Of a DNA stretch of 64,000 nucleotides, positions 8,825 to 17,659 are shown piece after piece. Positions within the stretch are counted from its first letter, which is position 1. The number at the start of each line of letters is the position of its first letter. Where the stretch lies: NCBI GenBank assembly GCA_031550325.1, contig JAVBOR010000007.1, positions 27,885 to 91,884 on the forward strand. Direction: 5' to 3'. This DNA is from Oscillospiraceae bacterium (GTDB lineage: Bacteria > Bacillota > Clostridia > Oscillospirales > UBA929). The notes under the pieces were generated by a model. The model was given only the letters and a program-made list of their open reading frames with translations, ran no database searches and was not told the origin of the DNA. The position numbers were made by a program, and so were the translations under genes.

Positions 8825-10078
8825 ATGGCGCTTGTTGTGGAAATCATCGCCGTGGGAACCGAGCTGCTGCTGGGCAACATTGCCAACACCGACGCGCAGG
8901 ATATCTCCCAGGGCCTGGGCGAGCTAGGGCTGAACTGTTATTTTCATACCACCGTCGGGGACAACGTCGGCAGGCTGGTGCAGGCGCTGGACATTGCCCG
9001 GTCGCGCGCTGACGTCATCATCACAACCGGCGGGCTGGGCCCGACATATGACGATCTGACCAAGCAGACGGTCTGCGAGGCCTTTGGACAGGCGCTTGTG
9101 CTGCACGCGCCGACGTGGGCGCGCATTGAATCGTTTTTCAAGCAGGTGGGGCGGCCCGTCACCGAGAACAACCGCCAGCAGGCGTATTTGCCCGAGGGCT
9201 GCACGGTGTTTGAAAACAACTGGGGCACGGCGCCGGGATGCGCGTTTTTGGCCGGAGGCAAGCATGTGCTGCTGCTGCCCGGCCCGCCGCGCGAGTGCCG
9301 CCCGATGTTCAGAGTCTGTGCGATGCCCTATTTGGCCAAGCTCAGCGAAAAGGCGCTTGTCTCGCGAAATGTGCGGATTTTTGGCAGGGGCGAGTCGGAT
9401 GTCGAGCAGCGGCTGCGCGAAAAGATGCTCTCGGCGAGCAACCCCACAATCGCGCCGTACGCCAAGGAGGGGGAGGTGATGCTGCGCGTCACCGCCTCGG
9501 CCGACACCAAGGAGCAGGCCTATGCGCTGACCGAACCCGTGGTCAAGGACATTCTGGACACGCTGGGTGACATCGTGTACGGCGTGGACGTCGAAAATCT
9601 GGAGGGCGTAGTGCTTGATCTGTTGGCGCAGCACGACCGCACGCTAGCGGTGGCTGAGTCGTGTACAGGCGGCATGATCGCCGCGCGGCTGACGGCCATT
9701 CCCGGCGCATCGAGTCATTTTGTCGGAGGGGTGTGCGTATACCAGACGCAGCTGAAGACCGCTCTGCTCGGCATTTCGCGCGAGGATCTGACGCGGGACG
9801 GCGTGGTGTCCGAGCCCACGGCGCGCGCCATGGCTATCGGCGTCTGCCGGGTTACCGGCGCCTCGTTGGGCCTGGCCGTCACAGGACTGGCCGGCCCGGG
9901 CGGAGACGGGTCGCTGACGCCGCTGGGTACGGTCTGGGTGGCTCTGCATGACGCCCAGACCGGAGAGACCCTGGTCAAGGGCGGAAATTTTGGCGACGAG
10001 CGCTATCGCGTGCGGCAAATGGCCGCCAACACGTCGCTGGACACGGTGCGCCGGCACCTGTTGGCCGTCAAAAGCTGA
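8825..10078 (+). CDS. cinA: Competence/damage-inducible protein CinA (MoCF-type domain fused to a PncC-like NMN deamidase domain)
   Basis: MALVVEIIAVGTELLLGNIANTDAQ and ITTGGLGPTYDDLT, with C-terminal LAVAESCTGGMIAARLT. Confidence 0.85.
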   Translation: MALVVEIIAVGTELLLGNIANTDAQDISQGLGELGLNCYFHTTVGDNVGRLVQALDIARSRADVIITTGGLGPTYDDLTKQTVCEAFGQALVLHAPTWARIESFFKQVGRPVTENNRQQAYLPEGCTVFENNWGTAPGCAFLAGGKHVLLLPGPPRECRPMFRVCAMPYLAKLSEKALVSRNVRIFGRGESDVEQRLREKMLSASNPTIAPYAKEGEVMLRVTASADTKEQAYALTEPVVKDILDTLGDIVYGVDVENLEGVVLDLLAQHDRTLAVAESCTGGMIAARLTAIPGASSHFVGGVCVYQTQLKTALLGISREDLTRDGVVSEPTARAMAIGVCRVTGASLGLAVTGLAGPGGDGSLTPLGTVWVALHDAQTGETLVKGGNFGDERYRVRQMAANTSLDTVRRHLLAVKS

Positions 10079-10099
10079 TGACAAACGTCTGGGTTGTCA

Positions 10100-10265
10100 T
10101 CAAGCGGGAGATGGCATCAAACCGCTGAGGCTGTTTGCGGAAAAAGCTTTTTTCGGAGTGTATCCGTGAACGCATTGCGGCCTAATCTTTATCAGTTTTC
10201 CGTCCGGCAGGGATCCGACGGCTGCGCCGTCAGGCACGACGCAAAGCAGGTAAAGGAGCAGGCGT
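10100..10265 (-). repeat. Full copy of the intergenic repeat, reverse orientation
   Basis: ttttcggagtgtatccgtgaa is the reverse complement of the ttcacggattcattccggaaaa module. ccgacggctgcgccgtcaggcacgacg is the reverse complement of the cgtcgagcctgacggcacagccgg module. Confidence 0.7.
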
Positions 10266-10288
10266 GAAGTTTTTTTGACAAAGCTGGT

Positions 10289-10327
10289 CGGGCTCTTCCG
10301 GGCTAAACCCTGGAGAGCCCGGCTTTT
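10289..10327 (+). terminator. Candidate terminator downstream of cinA
   Basis: cgggctcttcc, a loop, then ggagagcccg, followed by gcttttcacgtttt. Confidence 0.4.
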
Positions 10328-10437
10328 CACGTTTTGCGCCTGCTCGGCGGGAGAGGGGTTCGGACCTGCCGCATACACCTTTATATATAAGGAGTCAGCA
10401 TGCAGGTAAAAGTAGCCGCCGCGCACCTTTGCGCAAG

Positions 10438-10613
10438 ACCACGTCGAGCCTGACGGCGCAGCCGACAGGTTTTTGCTGGACCCTTTTTGCGCAAAGCATT
10501 GAAAAAAGAGGCTTTCGCGGGTTCATTCCGGGAAAGTTGTTCTCTGCGCGCCTCTGCAAAGCAGCGATTCGTCTTCCGCCTGCAGACAAGCAAAGGGTTT
10601 GTCTGCAGGCGGA
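10438..10613 (+). repeat. Full copy of the intergenic repeat, forward orientation, ending in a perfect 14-bp hairpin
   Basis: cacgtcgagcctgacggcgcagccgacagg; ttcgcgggttcattccgggaaag; ccgcctgcagacaa gcaaaggg tttgtctgcaggcgg. The copy is bracketed by the 16-nt direct repeat acctttatatataagg at 10377-10392 and 10615-10630. Confidence 0.8.
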
Positions 10614-10731
10614 TACCTTTATATATAAGGGATATGCGCGCGCATTACTCTGCGCGCGTATATCGCCATTAACATAACACGATATTCTTCCTCAGCCTAG
10701 TTTTGGACGCTAAAATGTCGGCAAAAAAAGC

Positions 10732-10758
10732 TCAAGGAGAATTGAGTTCTGACGATAT
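10732..10758 (+). promoter_or_regulatory. Candidate SigD (sigma-28)-type promoter upstream of fliK
   Basis: TCAA, a 15-nt spacer, then GACGATAT. A second candidate, TATA-N15-CACGATAT, lies at 10659-10685. The B. subtilis consensus is TAAA-N15-GCCGATAT. Confidence 0.3.
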
Positions 10759-10848
10759 ATGTATTGTGACGGCGAGAGAGAACATCCCGCCCCGGCTGCA
10801 CGGCAGGGGGAGGGCCCTAACGACCCCGGTCACAAAGGAGGCAATCGC

Positions 10849-12294
10849 ATGAGAGACGTCAGCGCAACGCTGATGGCACCCGTCAATATGCCGACTCCGG
10901 ATTCGCGCAGTCTTGCCGAGAGCAGACAGAGCATGTATAAAGCGCCGATCAGCTTCAATAAGATTTTGGAGCGTGTCACCGAAGAGGGCGCTTTGCCGGA
11001 GATTTCTGAAATGCCGGAAGACTCTGAATCCCCAATGCAGCCTGGACTCCTGCAAGAGGAGCTGACAGGAACGATCGTCAAGTTTCAGATATTGAAGCAG
11101 ATGGTCGAGCGCCAATCCGATTGGGATTTGGACGAACAGGAGTTGCCGCCCGAACTCGTGGCGCTGCTCACGGATCTCCCGGTGACGTACGTAACGCCGA
11201 TTGAACCTCTTGCAGAGGTTGACATGGAAGTCATAAGCGCCGTTCCCTCCGCAGAGCTGCCGGTTCTGGATGAACTTAAGGATCTGCTCGCCCAGTTGTT
11301 TGGGCAGAAGGATGACGGCGTATTTTTGCGCACTTTAGAGGCGATATCCCCTCAGCCGATCTCCGAATTGCTGGAAGGCCTTGAGAAATCGCAGTGGCCT
11401 CAGGCGCTGCTCAGCGTCGTGGAAAACGCGCTGGCGGCCGAGGAAAAAACCGGGATCCCCGCTCAGGCGGTCAATGCGCCTGACGCTGCGCCTGTTGACC
11501 CCGCCGCCCCGGCGGAAAAGGCGCCGCTCGCCGAGCTGGTTCCACTGCTGCGGGTTACGCTGATGGCGCTGGTTCGGGCAAACGGACAAAGTGAGGGCCG
11601 AGAGCAGGGCGAGCTTTTGACGGAACCTGAAGCGGCAACGCCCGAGGCCGGGGAACTCTCCATAGAGCAGGAGTTTTCCGTCAAACCCGAACAGAACACA
11701 AAGGAGCTGAGTACCGCGTCGGACGACGCGCCGGAGCTCCCCCCGATAAACGCAAACCACGCAGCCGCCGGGCCTGTCGGGCAAAGCGCCGACGGACAGG
11801 GCTCCGCGCCGGGCGCGCCGGTCGAACGCGTTCCCGTCAGTTCTCTGGTTGACCGCATCACCCAGGCGGCTGCCCAGAACAGCAATGAGGGCGTGACCAG
11901 ACTGGAACTCCAGCTCAACCCCGAGTTTTTGGGAAAAGTCAGTGTGGTTCTGACCTCGACGAGCGAGGGCATGACCGCCTCGCTGAAATCAGGCGACAAC
12001 GCCGTGCGAAACCTGCTGGCCGCCAACATCACCACGCTGCAGGATACGCTTAGGGACATGGGCATCACGATGAAAAACGTCGAAGTAACCGGCCAGGAAC
12101 AAAGCTTTGATTTTTCGCAGCAGTCCCGCGGGCAAAACCAGTTTCAGCAGCAAAGCCACGGCGACCGCGCCCGCGAGGCCGCCATCGGCAGGATTTTCCG
12201 AATGACGCCCGCCGCCGCCGACGCCAAGCTGTATACCCTGGCCGCGGCCGCCAGTCCATATGAGGAACAAGTCGCGTTCGATTCGCGGGCGTGA
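10849..12294 (+). CDS. fliK: Flagellar hook-length control protein FliK
   Basis: Start is MRDVSATLM after RBS aaaggagg. The central region is Pro/Ala/Glu-rich and looks disordered. The C-terminal Flg_hook-type domain is ELQLNPEFLGKVSVVLTSTSEGMTASLKSGDNAVRNLLAANITTLQDTL. Confidence 0.8.
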   Translation: MRDVSATLMAPVNMPTPDSRSLAESRQSMYKAPISFNKILERVTEEGALPEISEMPEDSESPMQPGLLQEELTGTIVKFQILKQMVERQSDWDLDEQELPPELVALLTDLPVTYVTPIEPLAEVDMEVISAVPSAELPVLDELKDLLAQLFGQKDDGVFLRTLEAISPQPISELLEGLEKSQWPQALLSVVENALAAEEKTGIPAQAVNAPDAAPVDPAAPAEKAPLAELVPLLRVTLMALVRANGQSEGREQGELLTEPEAATPEAGELSIEQEFSVKPEQNTKELSTASDDAPELPPINANHAAAGPVGQSADGQGSAPGAPVERVPVSSLVDRITQAAAQNSNEGVTRLELQLNPEFLGKVSVVLTSTSEGMTASLKSGDNAVRNLLAANITTLQDTLRDMGITMKNVEVTGQEQSFDFSQQSRGQNQFQQQSHGDRAREAAIGRIFRMTPAAADAKLYTLAAAASPYEEQVAFDSRA

Positions 12295-12312
12295 ACCCCG
12301 AAAGGAGAGAGT

Positions 12313-12969
12313 TTGTTGGCAGACACCGTAAGCAGCGTAAACACCGTCGATCAATTTGTCCTCACAAAGAAGACAAAAGAGCTCAAGCAGGAGCTTGGCA
12401 AGGACGAGTTTTTAAAGATCTTTCTGACGCAGCTTCAGAATCAGGACCCGACGTCCCCCATGGAAAACGTCGACTCCATCGCTCAGATGGCGCAGTTTTC
12501 CGCGTTGGAGGCCATGACCAACCTGGCCAACACCTACACCGTCACCCAGACCTACGGGATGATCGGCAAAGGCGTCATCGGAATCGTGAAGGACGAGCTC
12601 TCGGGATACACCGCTGAAATCATCGGAACCGTTGACAGCGCCGGCGTGGAAAACGGAAAGCCGTACCTGATGGTGGGCGAGTCCAGGCTGTGGGCCGAGA
12701 ACGTCACGCAGGTGTTTGACAACAGCATCATTGCCGGGGAAACGAACAATGTCGTCGCCGGTACAGCAATGGTGGGCAAGTATGCCCGCGCCACCCAGAC
12801 CATCGATGGCGTGACCACGACCATTGAGGGCAAGGTTGAGCGCATGAGCGTCAAAGAAGGAAAGCTTTATCTCGCCATTGAGGGAACCGAGGTGGCGCTC
12901 AACCAGATCATCAGTGTCGCCGATTCTGCCTCCGCTCTGGGTGAGGTTGACCAGCAAGCCTCCGGGTAA
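12313..12969 (+). CDS. flgD: Flagellar hook capping/assembly protein FlgD
   Basis: LGKDEFLKIFLTQLQNQDPTSPMENVDSIAQMAQFSALEAMTNL is the canonical FlgD N-terminal domain. TTG start after RBS aaaggagag. Confidence 0.85.
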   Translation: MLADTVSSVNTVDQFVLTKKTKELKQELGKDEFLKIFLTQLQNQDPTSPMENVDSIAQMAQFSALEAMTNLANTYTVTQTYGMIGKGVIGIVKDELSGYTAEIIGTVDSAGVENGKPYLMVGESRLWAENVTQVFDNSIIAGETNNVVAGTAMVGKYARATQTIDGVTTTIEGKVERMSVKEGKLYLAIEGTEVALNQIISVADSASALGEVDQQASG

Positions 12970-13022
12970 ACGCCCCGCGGGACTCAAAAAAACTCAAATT
13001 TAATATTATTGGAGGATCTTAT

Positions 13023-13994
13023 ATGCTTCGATCGATGTTTTCTGGTGTCTCCGGTCTTCGCAATCACCAAGTGAAAATGGACGTTTTGGCCAACAACATC
13101 TCAAACGTCAATACATACGCCTACAAAGCCAGCCGCGTCAGTTTCAAAGAGATGTATAACCAGACCATGTCGGCATCGTCCGGCCCGTCGGCCGCCGGAA
13201 CCATCGGTGGCGTCAACCCCAAGCAGATTGGTTTGGGCGTGACCACCTCCTCGATTGACGTGCTGCACAGCGACGGCGCCACACAGACGACCGACCGCGC
13301 GCTTGACCTGATGATTGAGGGCGAAGGCTTCTTTACCGTCAAGGACGGCAACTCCACTTTCTATACGAGAGCCGGCAACCTTTACCTTGACCCCCATGGC
13401 TACCTTGTGACGTCCGACGGCCTGTTTGTGCAGGGCGCGATGCTTATCGAGGGCATGCCCGACACGGGCATTGAGGAGTCCACGCTTGAAGTGGTGGAGA
13501 GCGACGAGAGCATCATCTGGGGTGACGACTCCACGCTGGAGAGCCTTGCCGGAGACGAAGACGCGCTGCCCATTCACGTGATGGGTGAAGACGGCGTCGA
13601 GGCCAGAGACGCGATGTTCGGCCGCATTGTCATCCCGACCTGCTACAAGCAAATCTCGATTGACCAGAACGGCGTCATCTCCGCCATCAACGAAAACAAT
13701 GAGCCCGTCAACGTGGGGGTGCTGTCGATGACCACCTTCATCAACTCCGGCGGATTGGATCGTCAGGGCTCCAACCTGTACACGGAAACCAACAACTCCG
13801 GAACGCCGGCCGTGTCGCTGGCAGGGATGAACAGCGCGGGAACCCTGAAGTCAGGGGCGCTCGAGATGAGCAACGTCGACCTTTCCAAAGAGTTTACCGA
13901 TATGATCATCACCCAGCGCGGCTTTCAGGCCAACTCCCGCATCATCACCGTCTCGGATACACTGCTCGAAGAGCTGATTAATCTCAAGCGGTAA
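13023..13994 (+). CDS. flgE: Flagellar hook protein FlgE (short form)
   Basis: N-terminal rod/hook motif MLRSMFSGVSGLRNHQVKMDVLANNISNVNT. C-terminus is LEMSNVDLSKEFTDMIITQRGFQANSRIITVSDTLLEELINLKR. Confidence 0.85.
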   Translation: MLRSMFSGVSGLRNHQVKMDVLANNISNVNTYAYKASRVSFKEMYNQTMSASSGPSAAGTIGGVNPKQIGLGVTTSSIDVLHSDGATQTTDRALDLMIEGEGFFTVKDGNSTFYTRAGNLYLDPHGYLVTSDGLFVQGAMLIEGMPDTGIEESTLEVVESDESIIWGDDSTLESLAGDEDALPIHVMGEDGVEARDAMFGRIVIPTCYKQISIDQNGVISAINENNEPVNVGVLSMTTFINSGGLDRQGSNLYTETNNSGTPAVSLAGMNSAGTLKSGALEMSNVDLSKEFTDMIITQRGFQANSRIITVSDTLLEELINLKR

Positions 13995-14112
13995 ACGGAC
14001 TGAACTGATCTCTTTTTGAGGTGGGTGGCGCAACGTCATTCACCTCAATGCGCATCAGTGGTAGATTTTGTCATGTAAAATCGAAATGAATAAAATATTC
14101 CAGAAAAAGTAT

Positions 14113-14141
14113 TATACATTTCGGGAATAGTGTGTTATAAT
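14113..14141 (+). promoter_or_regulatory. Sigma-70-type promoter with extended -10, inside the AT-rich spacer before flbD-motAB
   Basis: TATACA, a 17-nt spacer ending in TGt, then TATAAT (14136-14141). Confidence 0.45.
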
Positions 14142-14292
14142 GTGGTGAGTCTAAAGAGAATCAATGTTTATTTGCCCCAGTTTTGTGCAAACTGATCGAC
14201 AACATATGACGAAATGTGTTCTTTTAAGTGAAATTTGAATAAAATAGTGACCTTTGCCCGAATCCCTATATTATGGCTTGAGGTGGTGTCCT

Positions 14293-14502
14293 ATGGTCAA
14301 GGTGACGCGTCTGAACGGAAAAGAGTTTTTCGTCAACCACGATTTGATCGAATTTATTGAGGAAACCCCCGACACTGTTGTTACGCTGACCACAGGAAAA
14401 AGGATTGTTGTGGTAGAGAGCGCCGATGAGATTATTGAGCGCATCGTTCTTTTCAGACGGGCTTCCCTTGAAGCGCTGCCCAAGATCACACCGAAGACGT
14501 AG
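14293..14502 (+). CDS. flbD: Flagellar protein FlbD
   Basis: MVKVTRLNGKEFFVNHDLIEFIEETPDTVVTLTTGKRIVVVESADEIIERI matches the FlbD family pattern. RBS is tgaggtgg. Confidence 0.8.
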   Translation: MVKVTRLNGKEFFVNHDLIEFIEETPDTVVTLTTGKRIVVVESADEIIERIVLFRRASLEALPKITPKT

Positions 14503-14513
14503 GAGACAAAACG

Positions 14514-15311
14514 ATGGAAATTACAACACTTTTTGGTCTGGTCGCCTCGCTGGCGCTTGTGGTTGTGGGAATCTTCTGGGGCGGCGGCAGCATCAACAGC
14601 TTTATCGACGCCTCGTCGGTGGTCATTACCTTCGGCGGTTCCATCGCGGCGATGTTTATGGCGTTTTCCTTAAAGGACATGGCCGGGTTCGGCAAGGTTC
14701 TCGGCAGCGCCTTTAAGCAAAAGAGCTATGACTCCATCCAGGGCATCAACGCCATTGTGGGCTTGGCCAACGTCGCGCGCAAAGAGGGCATGCTGGCGCT
14801 GGAGGACAATGTGGCGCAGCTTGAGGAGCCATTTTTGCAAAAGGGCATCATGCTGATCGTCGACGGCACCGACCCCGAGCTTGTCAAGTCGATCATGGAG
14901 GCGGAGATCAGCTCGATCGAGACGCGCCACAACAGAGGCAGGAGTATGCTGGAGAGCCTCGGCGCGTACGGCCCGGCGTTTGGTATGCTGGGAACGCTGA
15001 TCGGACTGGTTATCATGCTGGGCAACCTCGACGACCCCTCTTCGCTTGGCGCGGGCATGGCGGCCGCCTTGATCACTACGTTTTACGGCTCCCTGCTCGC
15101 AAACGCCTTTGCCATCCCGATTGCCAACAAGCTCAAGGTGACCTCGGACGTCGAGGTCATGTATAAGGAAATCCTGCTCGAGGGCATTTTATCCATTCAG
15201 GCGGGAGAAAACCCGCGGATCATTGAGGAAAAGCTTTACTCGTTCCTGCCGCGTTCGGCCAAAGACGCGGCGCTTCCCGCCGCCGCAGCTGCTGCAAAAC
15301 AGGAGGAGTAG
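14514..15311 (+). CDS. motA: Flagellar stator protein MotA
   Basis: Four-TM MotA/TolQ/ExbB-type protein with AYGPAFGMLGTLIGLV and AAALITTFYGSLLANAFAIPIANKL. Confidence 0.9.
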   Translation: MEITTLFGLVASLALVVVGIFWGGGSINSFIDASSVVITFGGSIAAMFMAFSLKDMAGFGKVLGSAFKQKSYDSIQGINAIVGLANVARKEGMLALEDNVAQLEEPFLQKGIMLIVDGTDPELVKSIMEAEISSIETRHNRGRSMLESLGAYGPAFGMLGTLIGLVIMLGNLDDPSSLGAGMAAALITTFYGSLLANAFAIPIANKLKVTSDVEVMYKEILLEGILSIQAGENPRIIEEKLYSFLPRSAKDAALPAAAAAAKQEE

Positions 15312-15388
15312 CCTTGCCGTCCGCAGTGATTCGGTTTTCCCGAAACGAGACGACTGCCGGCAAGCATATGTAATGACCATGTTGGGAT

Positions 15389-16168
15389 GTGATCACTGTG
15401 GGGCGAAAAAAAGCTGCTGAAGAGGCAGCGCCCGGTTCACCGGCCTGGATGACGACGTTCAGCGATATGATGACGCTGCTCCTTTGCTTCTTCGTTCTTC
15501 TTTATTCGATGTCCTCTGTTGACACCGAAAAGTGGCGCAATCTTGTCGAGGCGTTTACCGGAAACCCGTCGATCTTTGACCAGCTGACTGACGACGGGGA
15601 CGGAAACGACTATCCCAATCCCAACGACACCGATGTCGATGAGGAGTCCATCACGCAGGCCAGCGAGTGGGCGGTCATCGGCGAAAAGGTGCGTTCAGGC
15701 ATCGGAAAAATTGCCGATCAGCTCGGTTTGGGCGACATTGACGTGGAGGTCACGGAGACCGAGATCATCATCAATTTGCCCGGCGACATTTTGTTTGACA
15801 CGGGTAGGGCCGTTCTGAAGGAAGAAGCCAAGCAGGTCATCTTACAGGTGATGGATATTGCGGTGGTCGCCCATATGCAAAGCCTGAAGGAGATCAGGTT
15901 TGAGGGCCACACCGACAAACGACCGATTAGCACGATTCAATTTCCCAGCAACAAGGAGCTTTCTGCCGGGCGCGCCATTTCGGCCGCAAACTACGTGGAA
16001 AGCAATTATCCGCAAATACCCCAGCGTCAAATCGGCTACATCGGATATGCGGAAACGCGTCCGGTTGACACGGCAGATACGCCTGAGGCGTATGCCAAGA
16101 ACAGGCGTGTGGCCATCGTGATGATCCGCGACCTCCAGGTCAGCCTGGATGAAATGCAAACGCCGTAA
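15389..16168 (+). CDS. motB: Flagellar stator protein MotB (OmpA-like C-terminus)
   Basis: The plug/TM region is PAWMTTFSDMMTLLLCFFVLLYSM, with the conserved Asp. The C-terminal OmpA-like domain shows FEGHTDKRPI, ELSAGRA and NRRVAIV. GTG start. Confidence 0.85.
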   Translation: MITVGRKKAAEEAAPGSPAWMTTFSDMMTLLLCFFVLLYSMSSVDTEKWRNLVEAFTGNPSIFDQLTDDGDGNDYPNPNDTDVDEESITQASEWAVIGEKVRSGIGKIADQLGLGDIDVEVTETEIIINLPGDILFDTGRAVLKEEAKQVILQVMDIAVVAHMQSLKEIRFEGHTDKRPISTIQFPSNKELSAGRAISAANYVESNYPQIPQRQIGYIGYAETRPVDTADTPEAYAKNRRVAIVMIRDLQVSLDEMQTP

Positions 16169-16213
16169 CGAGCCCCGCATTGAAGCGGTCTATACTCAAG
16201 GAGGAGAAATCCC

Positions 16214-16615
16214 ATGCCAAAAAAATGTTTTGCCCTTTTCGCGGCGCTGATCCTGATGTTCACGCTGGCGGGATGCGAGCCCAAGCCCGAAAGCTTCCCC
16301 GGTCAGGCGACCATTCCCTATGACGTGGGGGACAAGTTTATTGTCAACATTACAGACGACTCCAAGAAATACATTTCCTGCGCGGTTACGCTTGACGTCT
16401 CCAGCGAAGACGACGTCAAGGTGCTGACCGAAAAGAACCACTGGGTTCGCGACACGGTCATCGCCGTGATCCGCACCAAAACGGACGCGCAGCTTGAGGC
16501 TGCCGACGCGATGGAGGTCGTCGGTCAGGAGATCGGCGAAAGAATTACGCAGGAGTTTCAGCTCAGCGGCGTGTTTCGCGTCAGTTTTAAGGAATACTAT
16601 GTATACTCCAAATAA
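16214..16615 (+). CDS. fliL: FliL-family flagellar basal-body-associated protein with a lipoprotein-type signal peptide
   Basis: It occupies the FliL position between motB and fliM. FIVNITDDSKKYISCAVTLDVS and VRDTVIAVIRTKT are FliL-like. The N-terminus MPKKCFALFAALILMFTLAGCEP carries the lipobox LAGC. Confidence 0.7.
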   Translation: MPKKCFALFAALILMFTLAGCEPKPESFPGQATIPYDVGDKFIVNITDDSKKYISCAVTLDVSSEDDVKVLTEKNHWVRDTVIAVIRTKTDAQLEAADAMEVVGQEIGERITQEFQLSGVFRVSFKEYYVYSK

Positions 16616-16669
16616 ACAGGGTTAACGATACCGGGGACACTTGATTAAAGCGGCGAAGGAGGTGTTGTT

Positions 16670-17659
16670 TTGTCGGATGTGTTGTCACAGAGCGAAATCG
16701 ACGCACTTTTAAACGCCATTAGTTCGGGGGAACTGAGCGAGCGAGATGAGGGGCAAAGTTCGGCCGTAAAGGTTCGGGAATACGATTTTCGAACAGCAAA
16801 CCGTTTTCACAAGGAACAAATCCGCACCCTTCGCATCATTTATGACACCTTTGCGCGATTGTTCGCAACATATCTTTCAGGCACACTTAGAGTGATGTGC
16901 GGTGCTGAAATTATATCTGTCGAGGAGCTGAAATACCAGGAGTTTGTCAACGCGCTCCCCGAACCTGTTCTGTTGGCGGTGCTGCGGCAGCCGCCGCTGG
17001 CGGGTCCGGTGCTTCTGGAACTATCACCCGACATCTCTTACGCCATGATCTCCCGGTTGTTGGGCGGTACGCCCGCGACCAGCGGAATGAGCCGGAACTT
17101 TACCGAGATTGAACTTGTGCTTCTGGAGCGGGTTTTGCGCCAGTTTTTGCCTCTGTTTGCCGAGAGCTGGGAGAAGATTATCTCGGTCAACACGACGCTT
17201 GACCGCATTGAAACCAGTCCGCAGTTTGCGCAGATTGTGGCATCCAACGAGGTTGTGGCCATTGTCACGATCAACGTGCAGATTGCCGATATCGAAGGAC
17301 TTATCAACATATGCCTTCCGCATTTGTCGATTGAGCCAATCAATAAACAGCTGTCCACCAAGCTGATGTATCAGTCTGGGATGGAAAACCGAAGCAGAGA
17401 GCCGGCGGGCGACCAGATCAGAGTCAGACTGAACCGCACGCCGCTTGAACTTACCGCTGTTTTCAATGATACACAAGCCACGGTTCGGGATATTCTCAAT
17501 CTGCAGGAGGGGGATGTCATTCGCCTGGATCAGCGCGTTGAGGACCCCCTTACCATCAAGGTGGGACATCTGCCCAAGTTTAAAGCGGCGCTCGGCGTTC
17601 GAGATGAGAAATATGCCGTGCGCATTATGGATTTCATCCAAAAGGAGGAAAATGAATGA
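16670..17659 (+). CDS. fliM: Flagellar motor switch protein FliM
   Basis: The CheY-P binding N-terminus is MSDVLSQSEIDALL. FliM middle and C-terminal SpoA-like domains follow. TTG start after RBS gaaggagg. Confidence 0.9.
   Translation: MSDVLSQSEIDALLNAISSGELSERDEGQSSAVKVREYDFRTANRFHKEQIRTLRIIYDTFARLFATYLSGTLRVMCGAEIISVEELKYQEFVNALPEPVLLAVLRQPPLAGPVLLELSPDISYAMISRLLGGTPATSGMSRNFTEIELVLLERVLRQFLPLFAESWEKIISVNTTLDRIETSPQFAQIVASNEVVAIVTINVQIADIEGLINICLPHLSIEPINKQLSTKLMYQSGMENRSREPAGDQIRVRLNRTPLELTAVFNDTQATVRDILNLQEGDVIRLDQRVEDPLTIKVGHLPKFKAALGVRDEKYAVRIMDFIQKEENE

Noticed and set aside
10100-10426. A 108-aa minus-strand ORF in the cinA-fliK gap
   Set aside because: It lies across two repeat modules and a terminator-like hairpin. 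It has no RBS, and its composition is unlike the neighbouring genes.
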